Numbered from the whole stretch's first letter, positions 41,201 to 54,004 are shown. The stretch is DNA of 63,697 bases, filler included, from Phoronis australis (GCA_002633005.1; 10 parts of 10 records of this genome joined end to end with filler, not necessarily neighbours in it); one strand, 5' to 3'. The notes: a model not told the origin generated them from the letters alone. Program-made: numbers and translations.

Positions 41201-41791
41201 GTTTTATAAGTATGCATACATGATACAAACTAGCAGCCAGCAGTGGTAGACAATTCTGTTCATTCAGTTGCTAATAAAGTATTTATGTTTCTATAGTCTC
41301 AGTCTAGGAGTATTGTCACAGTCAGCTGGACGAGTCCTATTTTGTGCAAATCTGGTTTTGGAAACTGGTAATTTTAGAATTTTGTGCAGTTAATCACATC
41401 GAATATACCCGTTAATTAAACAAAGTAACTTCTACGAGGACAAACAATTTGAGTTATTTGTGAATGACATTTGCTTTGAAAGTATCGTTTTGCATTGGAA
41501 TTGACCTCAAAACATAAAACCAGCACCAGAAATGAACTTCTCACCCCCCAAAATATTGAAAGGATGATATTACAATTTGTTCATGTGATAATAATAGCCG
41601 ACATATGCCAATTTCCAGTTTTGGCGGCGGCCATATTGGATTTTGCGCGTAACGACCACCAGGGGGCAAGCACACTTTGTTTGCGGTGTTTTTTGAATTT
41701 CCTTTGCTTATACCTAACAGCGTACCAAATTGCAAAAACTTGTCACAAAGTGCCCAATTTTTGCAAATCTGCACATATTCCCTCCCCGCTA
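38274..41791 (+). mobile_element. Academ (AcademX-type) element, internally deleted, both ends present
   Basis: TAGCGGAGAGG...CCTCCCCGCTA termini; imperfect TIRs of ~280 bp (38274-~38553 and ~41501-41791); 3-bp TSD GTA (38271-73 and 41792-94). Confidence 0.88.
38800..41180 (+). pseudogene. Decayed Academ transposase-XPG-Cys-rich protein; N-terminal half deleted
   Basis: Fragments in shifting frames: HVRRIRYAYQL, FFAFGHTNYARWMP, FFKHENQREPLSL, RVDVVWDTY, FHVLTGCDVVS, PNPCLWGW, CSCVVACKGNCKC...CKCEGAC. Confidence 0.85.
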
Positions 41792-42343
41792 GTATACTCT
41801 CAACTATAGAAGCATGCATCAACTACAAGTTGACTAGCAGTGAGCATTAAGCCTATTACAGAGAATGGATTCGTTTTTAATGACAGGTCACAACTTATCG
41901 CATCACAAAACTTTCAAGATATCACAGGGAAATCTCAATTGTCACCATTTTTGGGTGCATTTTCATGTATAAGTCGCATCAACTTTGTTTTTGTCACATA
42001 TGCGAGACAATATCTGTCAGCGAAAACGATGAACTCTATAATTCTACAATTTGTGAAAAAAAAAACCCACCACTTAATACAGCACAAAACAACTGTAAAC
42101 CCAACAAAATACAAACAGCTAACTTGGCTCAGCAAATTTCTCACATTTTGTTAAAAAATTCACAAACTGTCACAAAATTAAAAGCAATCAAGTTTTGTAA
42201 AGAACGTCACCATGTCACAGGGAATCCCTTCTCTGTTCTTCTGATACCAGTGCATACTGAATGATAACAGTAGAAACTTGATATATAAGTTGAAGCTTGT
42301 CAAGAGTTGGACACTAAATATATGGCGGGATTCAATACGGTCN

Positions 42344-43326
42344 AAGGTCATACGCCCGCCTATAGTCAACATTGTCGGTAGGCATGTTATGGCGAACACA
42401 AAACTGGTTCATATTCATAGCAGTGACTGCCTTCAGGAGCTATGTAAATGAACTAGCTGCCCTGCATTGGCAAACTAAAATTGAACACAAGACCGTCTTA
42501 CCTCCAGAAGGGACAAGAGACCTTTGATAAAACTGGAACCATTATGCATGTTTCTATTCTAAAACAGGTCAATGTTTTTGAGACCTGGGCAATCACAAAA
42601 ATCAACTTTGACAATCATTTCTGTCCTAAGTTGGCGAGACTTTACCACATAAGACACTGATTTATCCAGTAAGTAGGCATATATCTTTGACCTAACTGTG
42701 CATACACAAAACATAGAAATATATTTGACATCAACACATTACACGAGAACTTGCCGGATAGTTTAGTTGTTAATTAACTTGGAGTTAACATTCATCATGT
42801 GGCTAAGCAAGGACGCTGTTAACCTGTATAGCGGAGAGGTAATTCATAAAAATCGCGCACTTTGTGACAAGTTTCTGCAAATTGGTCCAATCTTAGGAAT
42901 AGGTAAAACATTTCTAAAAAGCACCGCAAACAAACTGTGCTAACCCCCTGGTGGCCGCTACGCAAAAAATCCAATATGGCCGCCGCCGAAAATGGAAATT
43001 GGCATATTTCGGCTATTATCATCACCAGAGCATGTTGTAAATCCATGTTTTCAATATTTTTGGGTGCGGGGAGTTTATTTCTGATGTTATTTTTATGCTT
43101 TGAGGCCATTTAAATCTTTTCACACTTTCTCTGAACTGAAAATACCAAACGCTTGGCCCCGCACATTGTCTCCGGATAGAAAATGTCAAACGCTTGTTCC
43201 CGCGCTGCTCCACTCTTGCATCTATTGGTTATATTATTTTTGTTGGTTTGAATCAGGCTTTTTAGAATGCTCAGAAGAAAAAATGTCAATGGCGGTACCC
43301 TGATGAGGTCGGTGAATCAAAAATCG
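42344..43326. repeat. 983-bp duplicate of 37789-38771, including the Academ left end from 42829
   Basis: Constant offset of 4555, begins right after a single N, identical ORF translations in the track. Confidence 0.9.
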
Positions 43327-43426
43327 NNNNNNNNNNNNNNNNNNNNNNNNNNNNNNNNNNNNNNNNNNNNTTAATTAATTAANNNNNNNNNNNNNNNNNN
43401 NNNNNNNNNNNNNNNNNNNNNNNNNN

Positions 43427-44235
43427 AAATTTCAGGGACTGTTGCATGAAAAGTTCCCAGTTTGTTTAGGCATTAAATAGGGACTCAACTTTTGGGGCTA
43501 CCAAAAATAAGTCCCTAAGTTGAGTCCCTAGCAATAAAATGGCTGATCAACCTCATAGTGCTGTTGAAAAAAGAATTTTTCGTGACAGAACTAACCCGAT
43601 CGAGACCTATAGCGACAGTGAGCTAAACGAAAGATTTAGGTTTAGATTTTCAATGGTTGGGATATTCATGTTAGTTAGAAAGCTTGAAGAGAAGCTGCAG
43701 ATATCAAGCAGGAAAGGCGTGACATCACTCACTGAAGAAGTAGTTCCATCGTAAACTGAATTTATTGATTATTATAGTGCCACGTCTCACTTAATACGAG
43801 AGGCAGACGACTTTACAGCGCGTTGGGAAGTGCTGCGACTCCTACCGGAGATTCTGATATTCTCACCAGTTCGCTGTTTAATTTACATTAGCGTGCGCGG
43901 CCACAATCGATCGTCTGCTCTCTCAACAGTACCAGAAAATCGAATTCTCAGATAATGCACATTGGGTGTGCATTCTACTCATACAATCATTCAAAAGGTG
44001 GAACAGAGGACGTAAATGCCACAGATATTCTCTCGTTGATAGCAATTTTGCCATATTAAGGGACCTTAGCCACGGCTTTGGGAACTTACTTCGGACTTAG
44101 AGGACTCCCAATAAGGACCGTGTGTAGGACCTCTTCATGCAACAGTCCTCAAACAAAATCCTTATAGGGATTTCCCTAACTTGTTTGGGAACTCGCTTAA
44201 ATCCCTAATTAGGGACTCTTTCATGCAATCGGGCA
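43427..44235 (+). mobile_element. PIF/Harbinger non-autonomous element with a transposase N-terminal fragment (43539-43754)
   Basis: RIFRDRTNPIETYSDSELNERFRF resembles Harbinger/HARBI1 N-termini; right end GGGACTCTTTCATGCAATCGGGC with GGGACT/AGTCCC subterminal repeats. Confidence 0.7.
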
Positions 44236-44356
44236 TTGAACAAATGAATACAAACAAATCTCATGCATGCGCGGCGCAGACTCAGCGACCGCAGGATCGG
44301 AGTTAGCACTCCATAAACTGTCCGCTGTTAGTAAGAAACAGTTAAAAGTGACGTAC

Positions 44357-44638
44357 TTTCTTTGCAAAAGTGGATGCCACAATAATCTCTCTCCGGGAAC
44401 TTCCCTTCTATGTAGCACCAGGGACCACCCGGGGAGTCGTCTGGGTTACGGCAAAAGTTAGACGTCTGCACGGAATGTGGCATCCGGTCAAAACCCGCCT
44501 CAGCCTTCGGATACTTCATCAATCTTTCGAGGACATCATTATTCGACCATACTCTGCATGTCAACGCCTCCTGCGTGGTTGATTTCGATCCTTCATAGTC
44601 ATTTCCCAACTTGGCATTTCTACACGTTAATCCGCCGA
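44357..44638 (-). CDS. Kringle-domain exon
   Basis: cccttcag acceptor and GTACGT donor; 282 bp, phase 1-1; C...G.DYEG..STT...TC..W...NFCRNPD...PWCY...DYC.I..C with six cysteines. Confidence 0.9.
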
Positions 44639-44699
44639 CTGAAGGGATATAAATTAGCACAAATGTAATACGTTGTTGAAGGCATCTGTATTCAACTAA

Positions 44700-45582
44700 C
44701 GTATATATAGAGTATTACATGGCGAAGTCGTTATCCCCCGTTATCTAGAGCCCGAGTGGATTTTGGTGAATTATCGCCCGAGGGGCGTTAGCCCCGAGGG
44801 TGATAATTCTCCAAAATCCACGAGGGCCCTAGATAAGGGGGATAACGGCTGAGAACATGTAATAATCTATTTATACCACATACTAAACGAGAAACATTGC
44901 AATGAATCGATTTACCTTTTCTGACTCTCCACGGCTTTGTAACTACTTTCTATGTCAGAGGCCCAGGGTCGGAGGTTGTGACCTTTTAAGAGAAGCCCGG
45001 TTATTTTTGTCAAATAATGCTTTTAATCAACACCAATTGAAAACTTAAATATTATAGAAATAAATTGAATTTATAAATTAAGGTTTACCAACTATTATAG
45101 CTTAAAACACGTTTTTTTCGCGATAACCTTCGACCGGGAAATTATCGTCTGCTAAAGTANAGTAGGTTACCACTGGTAACTGAATATAATTCTCAAGTCA
45201 AAGATCCTGACGACACGATACCCGCATTCAAAGTAGAGATCGGTGATTTACAAGTAAGAGGACATGAGAGAAAAATTTCACCGAATTAAGATATCATTTT
45301 ATGGAAATTATGTGTCTTATTTTTCGTAGCGTATAAGTACAGTACAATGCGGTTTGTTGAACGTGCGATTATTGCGCGTGTTCATTTAATTATTATATTT
45401 TCACTCTTGATGACGTCAGTCGCTGCGTGGTGTAGTGGTAAAGTCGGCGACCAGCGATATTAGGGTCCCGGGTTCGACCCCGTCCTCGGTTTCCCGCCAA
45501 ATCGTTATCTCGCTAGTGAGATAACATTATGGGTTATTACACGGTTGTATCTGTCATTTGACGCTAATATTGTGGTATAAAT
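44700..45582. mobile_element. Non-autonomous element with a long internal palindrome (Crypton-like architecture, tentative)
   Basis: ~150-bp imperfect hairpin at ~44712-44866 and an inverted pair ATTTATACCACA (~44869) / TGTGGTATAAAT (~45571). Confidence 0.45.
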
Positions 45583-47384
45583 CACGTTACATGTGGACAA
45601 GTTCAGACGTATCAAGTCATTTGCAATACAGTACACGTAGATGTTGCGAACCAGAATATATTAAGATGTGCAACAAAAAAGTAGAGCTGAGCGTTTAATT
45701 TGTATGTCACTGTCTTCGATACATGTGGTTTAGTACAATAACAGCAGATTTGGAATTTTCATTTACTTAAATATTTTTCAGAAATAAAGAAAATACTCTC
45801 TATGAGTGGTGCTTACAAGTAAGTCAGCTCATGATAACCAGTTAAGCTATGATTAAGTAACAGCCAATGGTGAGAAAATGCAATACAGGACTTGGCCAAT
45901 GTGAGCACACACAATTCAACTTAACGGTAGTTTAAAGTTTGATTTTGGTATAAAGGTCAGGTATTGGAATGCCACTTGATTACTCGTCCTATTTCCACGG
46001 TGAACGTAATCATTACTCTAAAAATTATTCGCCGGAATATTGCTCCTTTATCTTTTACTTGTCCAAAAGGAGACACGTGATTACGCTTCAAAAGGTGATT
46101 TACCGCAACCCTTGAGCATGTCAAAATATGCAAATTAAGGCCACCATTATGCAGAATTCTATTTTCCTTACAACTCACATAGTAAAATCTGCTGTCAGAT
46201 TATTTTGATGTTTTCGTCCATGTTCCCTCGGTCAGATAGTTGAAAGAAGCACGTTTGTTTTTTAATACACCGTGGACATGTTGTCAATTAATTTAATTCG
46301 GCCGGTTACCAGGCTTGCGCTAGCCTTTAAAGTATTAGCCAAAATGCCTAAAGTATCAGAAAACTTAGAAGCTTACAAAAATTATTATCCCAACCTTCTG
46401 TCACTATCCTCGGGTGCATGCCGGCCACAAGGGCACGATGTTAACCAAGAAATATTACACTCGGCAAAATGTGCATAATATCATGTACATGTACTATTGT
46501 AATTTTTCTTGGTACATAGCCCTACTTTTCATTCGACTAAAACGAGGAAACGGGGCTTTAATGAGTTTTTCATGTACCTGCAATTCTACATTAGAAAAAA
46601 AAATGAAAAACGCCTTGACAACAGTTGTTTTTTATAAACACAGTTATTTTCCAGAGTCCACTTTCTTTAGTAGCATGACAATTGTAAAGTGTGTTTCAAT
46701 TTCTCTTGTTTGCAGAAACACCACTACTGAGCATGTACATATAAAAGGATAACTGACTTTTACTTTCTGTGGAAAAGTGTCTTTTTCAACATGTAAATGC
46801 TTATTGAAAGTCCTGCACTGCCAGTGAGAAGAGCTCTACAGAGTGCAGTTTAAAGCTGCATGATATATGTTCGTCCATTATTCTTTGATCAGCGAGTTTC
46901 GGATACAATAGATACTTGGACTGTTTCATCACATTTTTCGAAATTGTCACTGTATGGAGGATTCATATTCTAAAGCCTTCGTCATTGTAGGCGGAAGTAT
47001 CTTAAAACTATTTCCCTGTTGGCTTAACTAAAGGCATTTTGTTAACACTCGTGGTTTTTAGAATTACAGTGCATTTTCAAACGTATGCTAATTGATAATT
47101 ACTTTTGAATTATTTTTGAATTACATTTTTACGTTTGTTTCTGGAATAACCATCAAGAAGTCAAAAAGGTCTTTTTAATGATATGTTTTTGCACACGTCG
47201 GCTGAAAAACGATGGAATTGCGATAAGTGTTAATGACAGTAGATAACATTGCAATTATCGACACCAGAATAAATGAATGCAAACAAATACCGCGCATACG
47301 TGGCGCAAACTCAGCGGCTGTGAGATCGGAGTTAGCATTCCATACTTCTCCCCTGATAGTAAAAATCATTTAAAAGTGACGTAC

Positions 47385-47421
47385 ATTCTTTGCAAAGCGG
47401 GATACCACAATAATCTCTCTC
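47385..47421 (-). CDS. 3' end of a second, paralogous kringle exon, cut by contig end
   Basis: ERDYCGIPLCKE plus GTACGT donor; downstream intron homologous to 44237-44356. Confidence 0.8.
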
Positions 47422-47521
47422 NNNNNNNNNNNNNNNNNNNNNNNNNNNNNNNNNNNNNNNNNNNNTTAATTAATTAANNNNNNNNNNNNNNNNNNNNNNN
47501 NNNNNNNNNNNNNNNNNNNNN

Positions 47522-47632
47522 GAGGAGGAGGCTAAAATCGTGGAAAAGGTGGAACACCTGAAGAAGAAGGTAGAACTGGCTGAAACACAAGCAGAGACGG
47601 ACGCCAAGGTGCTGGCACAAGTCGATAATGAG
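47522..47632 (+). CDS. RASSF8: RASSF7/8-like coiled-coil exon (5' truncated)
   Basis: EEEAKIVEKVEHLKKKVELAETQAETDAKVLAQVDNE|GT, phase 0, in frame with the next exon. Confidence 0.65.
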
Positions 47633-48269
47633 GTATTGCTGTTTCTGATGAGTGTCATGTTTAGGGTTTGTAGGACTGGCTAGAAAAATAAAGTATCATA
47701 TTTATTAGGTAAACATATGGTGTAGTCAACTTCCTATAAGTTGAACCTGCTTTTTTACACTATGAGCAGTGAAACATGTCTCAGATTTTTTATAGGCTGT
47801 CAAACACAGAGATCAGTAATCAAAACAAAACCTCAGGTTTCTGTCTATCTTTTAATGCAATACAGTTCAATGTTTCCTTAGCCATGCACCGTAAAATAGC
47901 TGTATGCGAAAATATCTACATGCTCAAGAACTCAAAATTGACAGAGTGTCTGCAGTCAAATGGTGGGAAAATTGTCGATGGAGATCTGCAACTTCAAAAT
48001 GCTTACCTCAGATAACTTTTGTGTTTGGCACACAAATAATGCACTTAATCAAGGGTACTTAGAGTCCTTATTTCATGCAATATGTGAATATTGCATTTTA
48101 AAAAATCCAGGCTAGTTATAGTTTGTGTTACCTCTAGGTAATAGGTCACTTACACTGAGAACCAGTTTGATGTTGGTTGTGAGATGAAGATAACTGGTTC
48201 TCAAAATGCGGACCACTGCACATGACTACTACTGTACCTGTGGGTAAACAGGTGTAATGTGTTCTTCAG

Positions 48270-48390
48270 ATTACACAGCAAGAATGCCAGTTGGAACACA
48301 AGAATCAGGAAGCAAGTCAGCTAGAGGGTGCTATAAAGCAGGCCAACTTACAGACATTTTCTAAAGTCAAGCCGGAGAAACAGGACAAAG
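48270..48390 (+). CDS. RASSF8: RASSF7/8-like exon
   Basis: ITQQECQLEHKNQEASQLEGAIKQANLQTF..., similar to the RASSF8 LRQVNLQQF motif; phase 0-1. Confidence 0.7.
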
Positions 48391-50204
48391 GTCAGGGGTC
48401 ACCTGCACAGTTAATCCATTGCTGCACTAGATTCCTTTAGGCAGTGTTCAAATTTGAGGGTTTTTTGTGACAACGTCGGAAGTTTAAAGACATGTGTAAA
48501 CTTCACCAGTGGTATTGTTGATTTATTGACCACCAGGGTCCACTAATAATTTAAGTAAACTTAAGTAGACATGAACAGGTTAAGGGAAAGAGATAACAGA
48601 ATAAGGTGTGAAAAACAATGAAATTTACAATAAAAAATAATGATACAAGCAATAGTACTGGTGTTGCCCTCTGCCAAGTAAATTGTTGAACATCTTCCAG
48701 ATTTGTTTATCCTTTTTATGCATCTGATAGGTAAAAATTATTATGTTATTTATTGTTTATGAACACCTAAAATAGTCATACTTTGAAGTCACACAATTCT
48801 TCGTTATCGGCTGAACAGATGTCGATCTTCACATTTTACTTAAGATACCTGTATTTACCTTAAGCTGCAGTTTCATGACATTTGATTCAATTGAGCACAA
48901 GAGGGTTTGTACTAAGTTAATGGACATGTTTCTTCATAGACACAATTTTGATCAGTTGTAAGATTAAATAAAACCAAAAAATATACACGCTTGGTATTTG
49001 GCCGTATTCCTGTATGTCTTGTGCAGTTGATAAAAGTACATATACCTCGAGATTTGCCTCATTTCCCATTACAATTTGTGCAAGATCCTTTGTTGGTGAA
49101 AAGATTTCTGAGCTGTTATCCCGGACTGCAAGAAAATGAAATGGACCGCAGCGATTTTTTAAAGCTGGTCCATGCGATGCTGTTATAAGGAAGTGTAGGG
49201 CAACCGCTGAAGGCCACACTGGTTGTAGACTGTGGGCACCTTAGGTGTAGTAGTTTTTCAAACAGATTATTTTGAACCCTGTGGAACAAACTGGAAGGGA
49301 TTTCCCACATGACCAGTCTACTGTTGTATTGGCATCCTAAACTTTCCTATTTTTAGCGTTATCAAAGCAATTTATAGTCAATTTAACATCATGGTGAAAG
49401 TGGCTGTGGTTTGGGAAGCATGCTATAACAATAAACATTAATGTTTCGTTGATTATTTTTGCACTGAGAAAATGCTTAGCAATAATTTTTTTTTGTCAAA
49501 ACACTGTGGTCTACTAGTATGGTTAATCGATGGGTGGAGGTTATCGGCACTTATTGTCCAAACTAAAATAAAACAAATGTGCAATCGCCTTTTTAGTCAA
49601 AGATAAATGAAAGACACCTCAAAATGTTAAATTTAAGAAACACATACCTTTAATTAGTTGAATACATGTAAGCATCTACAGTTTCGTGATGATGAGTCAG
49701 GTTCATATTAAAAATTTGCTCCATGGCTCATATGCCCAAAGGGAGGCTAAAGGAGAAAGGAGGGATGGGAACCATTGACTGTTATCGCCACCTGGCTGCA
49801 GTGTAGTGTACTTCTTTGCAGTGCTTGGAGTAAGTGAGAATGGTTGACTTGGTGAATAGACCCTTGTATAATATATGTGATCAGTGTCTAGGTGTTTAAA
49901 ACAAACAAGATTTTACCTTCTCCTCTAGAGGTCACTAGTATCCAGTAATGATCAAGTCGCCATTTTGCTATCTAAAAGTCTCCCATGCCAAATGTTGCCA
50001 GGGCTTCATATACGGGCTCGTTGGCATAGTAAATCATATTTTAGAAACACGATCAAAATTGAAAGCTCAATGGCTTTGCTACTGGCATAGTTAAAGGAGC
50101 AAAAGTTTGTGCCCAAATCCTGCTGGCTTCTAGCGAGTTTCTGTGTTGACAATTTTTGGCCATAATAGGTATATAAAATAATTCTGATTGGCTTACATTT
50201 CCAG

Positions 50205-50338
50205 ACGAAAAGACCACCCGCACATCTACGTCTCCAGGCTCATCCAAGATAGGCAGCGTTCGCAAGATGACGGGAAGCCCACAGTTGTTAGGGGAGACGG
50301 TGCCCACAACCAGGAATCCCCAGGGATTGTGGGTATGA
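50205..50338 (+). CDS. RASSF8: RASSF7/8-like terminal coding exon
   Basis: tttccag acceptor, phase 1; ends TRNPQGLWV*, similar to the RASSF8 C-terminus NPEGIYV*. Confidence 0.72.
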
Positions 50339-52225
50339 ACTTTGACCCAAATGAACAAGGATTGTCGGACCAAACGTGTGCTGAGACAGATTTCCATGAG
50401 GACGTTAGAGCTGTATTTATTTATTTTGTTAAACCTTTTGATATAATGTTAAACATTTCTTAATTAGAATTTTGTCTTAGTGTTGAAAGCCACAAAAATC
50501 CCAGTGTAAAAGTAAGTCATATTTGAAAAGCCACATCCCGGATTCAACTCTCCACTTTCATGGAAGTAGAAAAACTGATTGTATTATTGAGCGTACTTTT
50601 GAAAGGTTTGGTAGATTAGATGGTTCTGAGATGAAATCGAAGATAATGCAACTGTTTTGCACACCCCGGCTTTTTCGGCGTCGGCATTGCCAATCACTGT
50701 ACAGCGCTAAAACATTACAGCCGTTACCATGACGAATGACAAAATAACGATGATCACGGTGGCTTGGTAAAGCTGTAGGGGAAGTGTGATGCTGTGAAAT
50801 TGTTTGCAGTTTCTGAGATTCAAAGCTGTGGAAACATGATGTCTTAGGACATGACCCTTAATGATGGTCTTAGTCACAAAATGTCTGCGCAGAAATCAAA
50901 TAGACTGTTGGCAAGTAAATCTGCTGACTTCCTGCTCGAACACTAGATGGAGTTACTCTTGCATGGTCCTGGGTTTTTGTGGCTTTAAAGTGTGCCTGGT
51001 GGTACGTAATGAACCAATAGAACAAATTAGTATCGCTACATATTGATATGCAGTTTGTAAACAGCGATACAATAAATTAACAGTACATCAGGATAAGAGT
51101 CAGTTATAGGAGTCCTGCATTTTGAGAACCAGTTTTCTCTACTGAATAACGGGCATCAAACTGGTTCTCAAAATCTGGAGCCCCTGTTAGTGACTATTGT
51201 CTCTGTGAAACTAGTTATAAATAGTTAGCCTATTATTGAGGTTGTAGTGTTGAATAATAACGTGTTACCTTTAGTGTTCATACTTACCTGTTTCTATATT
51301 GAACAAAAACCGAAGCGATCAATCGTAACGACTTTTCTCAAGGTGCTGAGCTTGTGTTGATGTGTTTTCTGATGTTCAAATTGCTGTCCGTGCCTCTAGT
51401 TGCTACAAAACAAAGGTGCTAAAGGAGCCAAAATTATTTTTATTACATTTTCGAACACCTGCGTGAAAGTAGTGATATTTTTGAATTACATCCGTGTATG
51501 TTAACACTTACATTGGACTATTCATAGTTGAGCACCGAGATACGCGTTTGCATTATCCATGCTTGTGACTCATCTGGAAATGTTGTTAAAGTGCATCTCA
51601 ATAGTTTTGTCTCTTTTTAATGCTTGATTGTGGCTATGGAGAGTTCCACGCCTTGCTTGTTTTTTGGTCTGTCTGTTTTCCATCAGATCAAATTTCTCGA
51701 GCAAGACTGTTTATTGGATAATCAGTTGATAACAGGCTTACTGTGGACAATTGGCAGTGAATATCATTGACCGAATGTTTTTAGTCATGTGGACTGTGCA
51801 TTATTATAACAAGGTGTCACCAAATTAATGTTTTGTCATTTTCAAGCGCTTTACAAAAGCAAGCATCTGACAATATTTTGAAAGGGCGTGGGCATTTATC
51901 ACAATGTCAAGAGGTGCGCGTAAATGAACAAGAGCAATTTTGGCATTAATTGTTAGTGCTAGTTTAGTAAGATTTTACCCATAAGTTTATTTTCAATATT
52001 CAGCTAAAATGGTCGCAAGAATCACTCATTGTGGCATTAGTGCCTGTGTGCGTCACCTACGTTATGTCTTGTAGCTTTTCTTTCAAGCTGGGAACAAGGT
52101 TTGGGAAGGTTGGATAAGGGTCCAAAACTTAACATTGGTCAGTGAAACTTAACTGTCTTCATCGAATTTTAATTCTAAATTACTTCTCTATTGAATTTCA
52201 TTTCCACACGATGAGCTGTGACACT

Positions 52226-52478
52226 CGGGGCTTGGAATTTTCCTCCGTCTTTTAAGAGGATTTTCTCTTTGGTTTCAATTTCCTCTTACTTCATTTCCAG
52301 TTTCCTCCTTTTTTCTCATCTCTCTTTGTCTTTCTTTTGACTTCATTCATGCAAAATTGTTGATTTCAGTTAAATTTTGCAACACAAAAATATTTCTGTC
52401 ACACAAGCCTTATTTATTTGTGGAACGATACATCACCTTCAAATTTTTTATTTTTTGTCTTGGTCATTCCAAGCCCTG
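52226..52478 (-). mobile_element. hAT-like MITE with 6-bp TSD (GACACT), same termini as 21335-21717
   Basis: CGGGGCTTGGAAT...TGGTCATTCCAAGCCCTG; GACACT at 52220-25 and 52479-84. Confidence 0.8.
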
Positions 52479-52959
52479 GACACTATCCGTGGGCTGCTCT
52501 TTTTTCAATAGTCTGTGAAGTTATTGAGATTTCACCAAGTAATGTTGCCCAGTCATGTGGTACTGACTACTCTCATGTCTCTGGCAAAATGTTCAAAGCA
52601 GGCTTTTGTTACCACAAAACCTATTTGTTTATTCTCCAAGTGGAAATCACCCTCTTCTATTTATAGCATGAGAATACGTACCTTCCAGTATGGTTAGATG
52701 ACAAGTGCGATCCCTGGCGCCATGTGACTAGGCTTTTGGTAGGCCGTTTATCACACTGTCTCAAAATCCCTCGTGGTGAATTTCAGGTTATGTAGGTACT
52801 GACTCATCTGTAATTAGCATATTCAAAATTATTGGTTGTATCTAAGTAAAAGGGTACATTTTCTGAAACTAGAAAGTCTGCTGTTTTAGATTATTTGACT
52901 TGTTATCAATCTGTAAAATTTAGCAAAAAGAGTAGGCTGTGTGTGGATGGGACTTTAGT

Positions 52960-53215
52960 GGCTTAGAATTTTGCAGGGACAGTTTCAAATCATGGGTGTC
53001 ATTCGCTCACAATAGGCTTTTGAAATTGACATGCATGGTCAGTGAACTAGTTGTTGTGTGAACTCTGCTGTTAGTTATACAGCTGTCCCAGTTGCTCTGT
53101 GTAAGTAAACACAGCTTAAGTGAGGGTTTATGGTCCTGGCTGAGAAGATAATTGTTTTATTGACCCCTATGGATTCATGAATAGCTGAGCCCGGAATGTT
53201 GTGTCCCTCATAATA
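52960..53215 (+). repeat. Old dispersed repeat; second copy at ~61700-61955
   Basis: Colinear similarity with a conserved core GGGTTTATG(G/C)TCCTGGCTGAGAAGATAATTGTTT...ACCCC...GGAT(T/G)CATGAATAG. Confidence 0.75.
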
Positions 53216-53761
53216 ACTGTTATCATCACCCAAAGTAACAAGAAATGATCACTGTTGGTGTTAGTCAATGTCTGAAGTGTGTAATGTCAATGCCTTGAGT
53301 GTTTGTTTTAAGCACAGGGACTTGAATCTTGTGAATATGCCTTGCATAGAAGCCGTTTTAGTGTTGAGACTAGTGAATGTGGATGTTAGATTCCAGTGCC
53401 TGTGGTTTGAAAGCCACAAAAAGTATTACATATCAATTGTTAAAATAGCAATATTAGATTTTATTATGATTTATGTTAACAGTCGTTATTTATCATTATT
53501 ACTGTTCATGTACTATAAATAATACATATCTTTTTAATATGCGAAGTGCTCATTTTATTGTATATTTTACAGCATTCACCAACGAATAATGATAAGGGAT
53601 TTCAATATGACACAGGGGAGAAAACTACAAAGCATTTGACAGATTTCTCTGTGAACTTAACATCACATTCGCAAATGACAGAGTGGCATCAAAGATACTA
53701 TATCTATAAAATCTTTGGTGGCATTACAACTTTGTACAAGAGGCGTGAACAGCGCCCCCTA

Positions 53762-53829
53762 CATGGGCGGCGCAGCACTGAAATAAGTGGGGGCTGTAGC
53801 CCCCAGCCCCCTATGGTGCGCCGCCCATG
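53762..53829. mobile_element. 68-bp minimal MITE
   Basis: 13-bp perfect TIR CATGGGCGGCGCA/TGCGCCGCCCATG. Confidence 0.6.
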
Positions 53830-54004
53830 AATGGGGGCCCAAAATGTTTGGCGACAGCAGTTATTAAATCGAGGCTAAATCTGCATTCTTTCTTCGGTCT
53901 TACGTCTGACGTCACAACTCGTAGACCACGGGTACCAGAGAAGCGAAACCTCACGTATTCATTTGGTCTAATTTTTGTCGTAAAAATGTTGCTAATCTAA
54001 GTTT

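Noticed and set aside
45422-45491. Functional tRNA gene
   Set aside because: A and B boxes are present but the acceptor, anticodon and T stems do not pair properly
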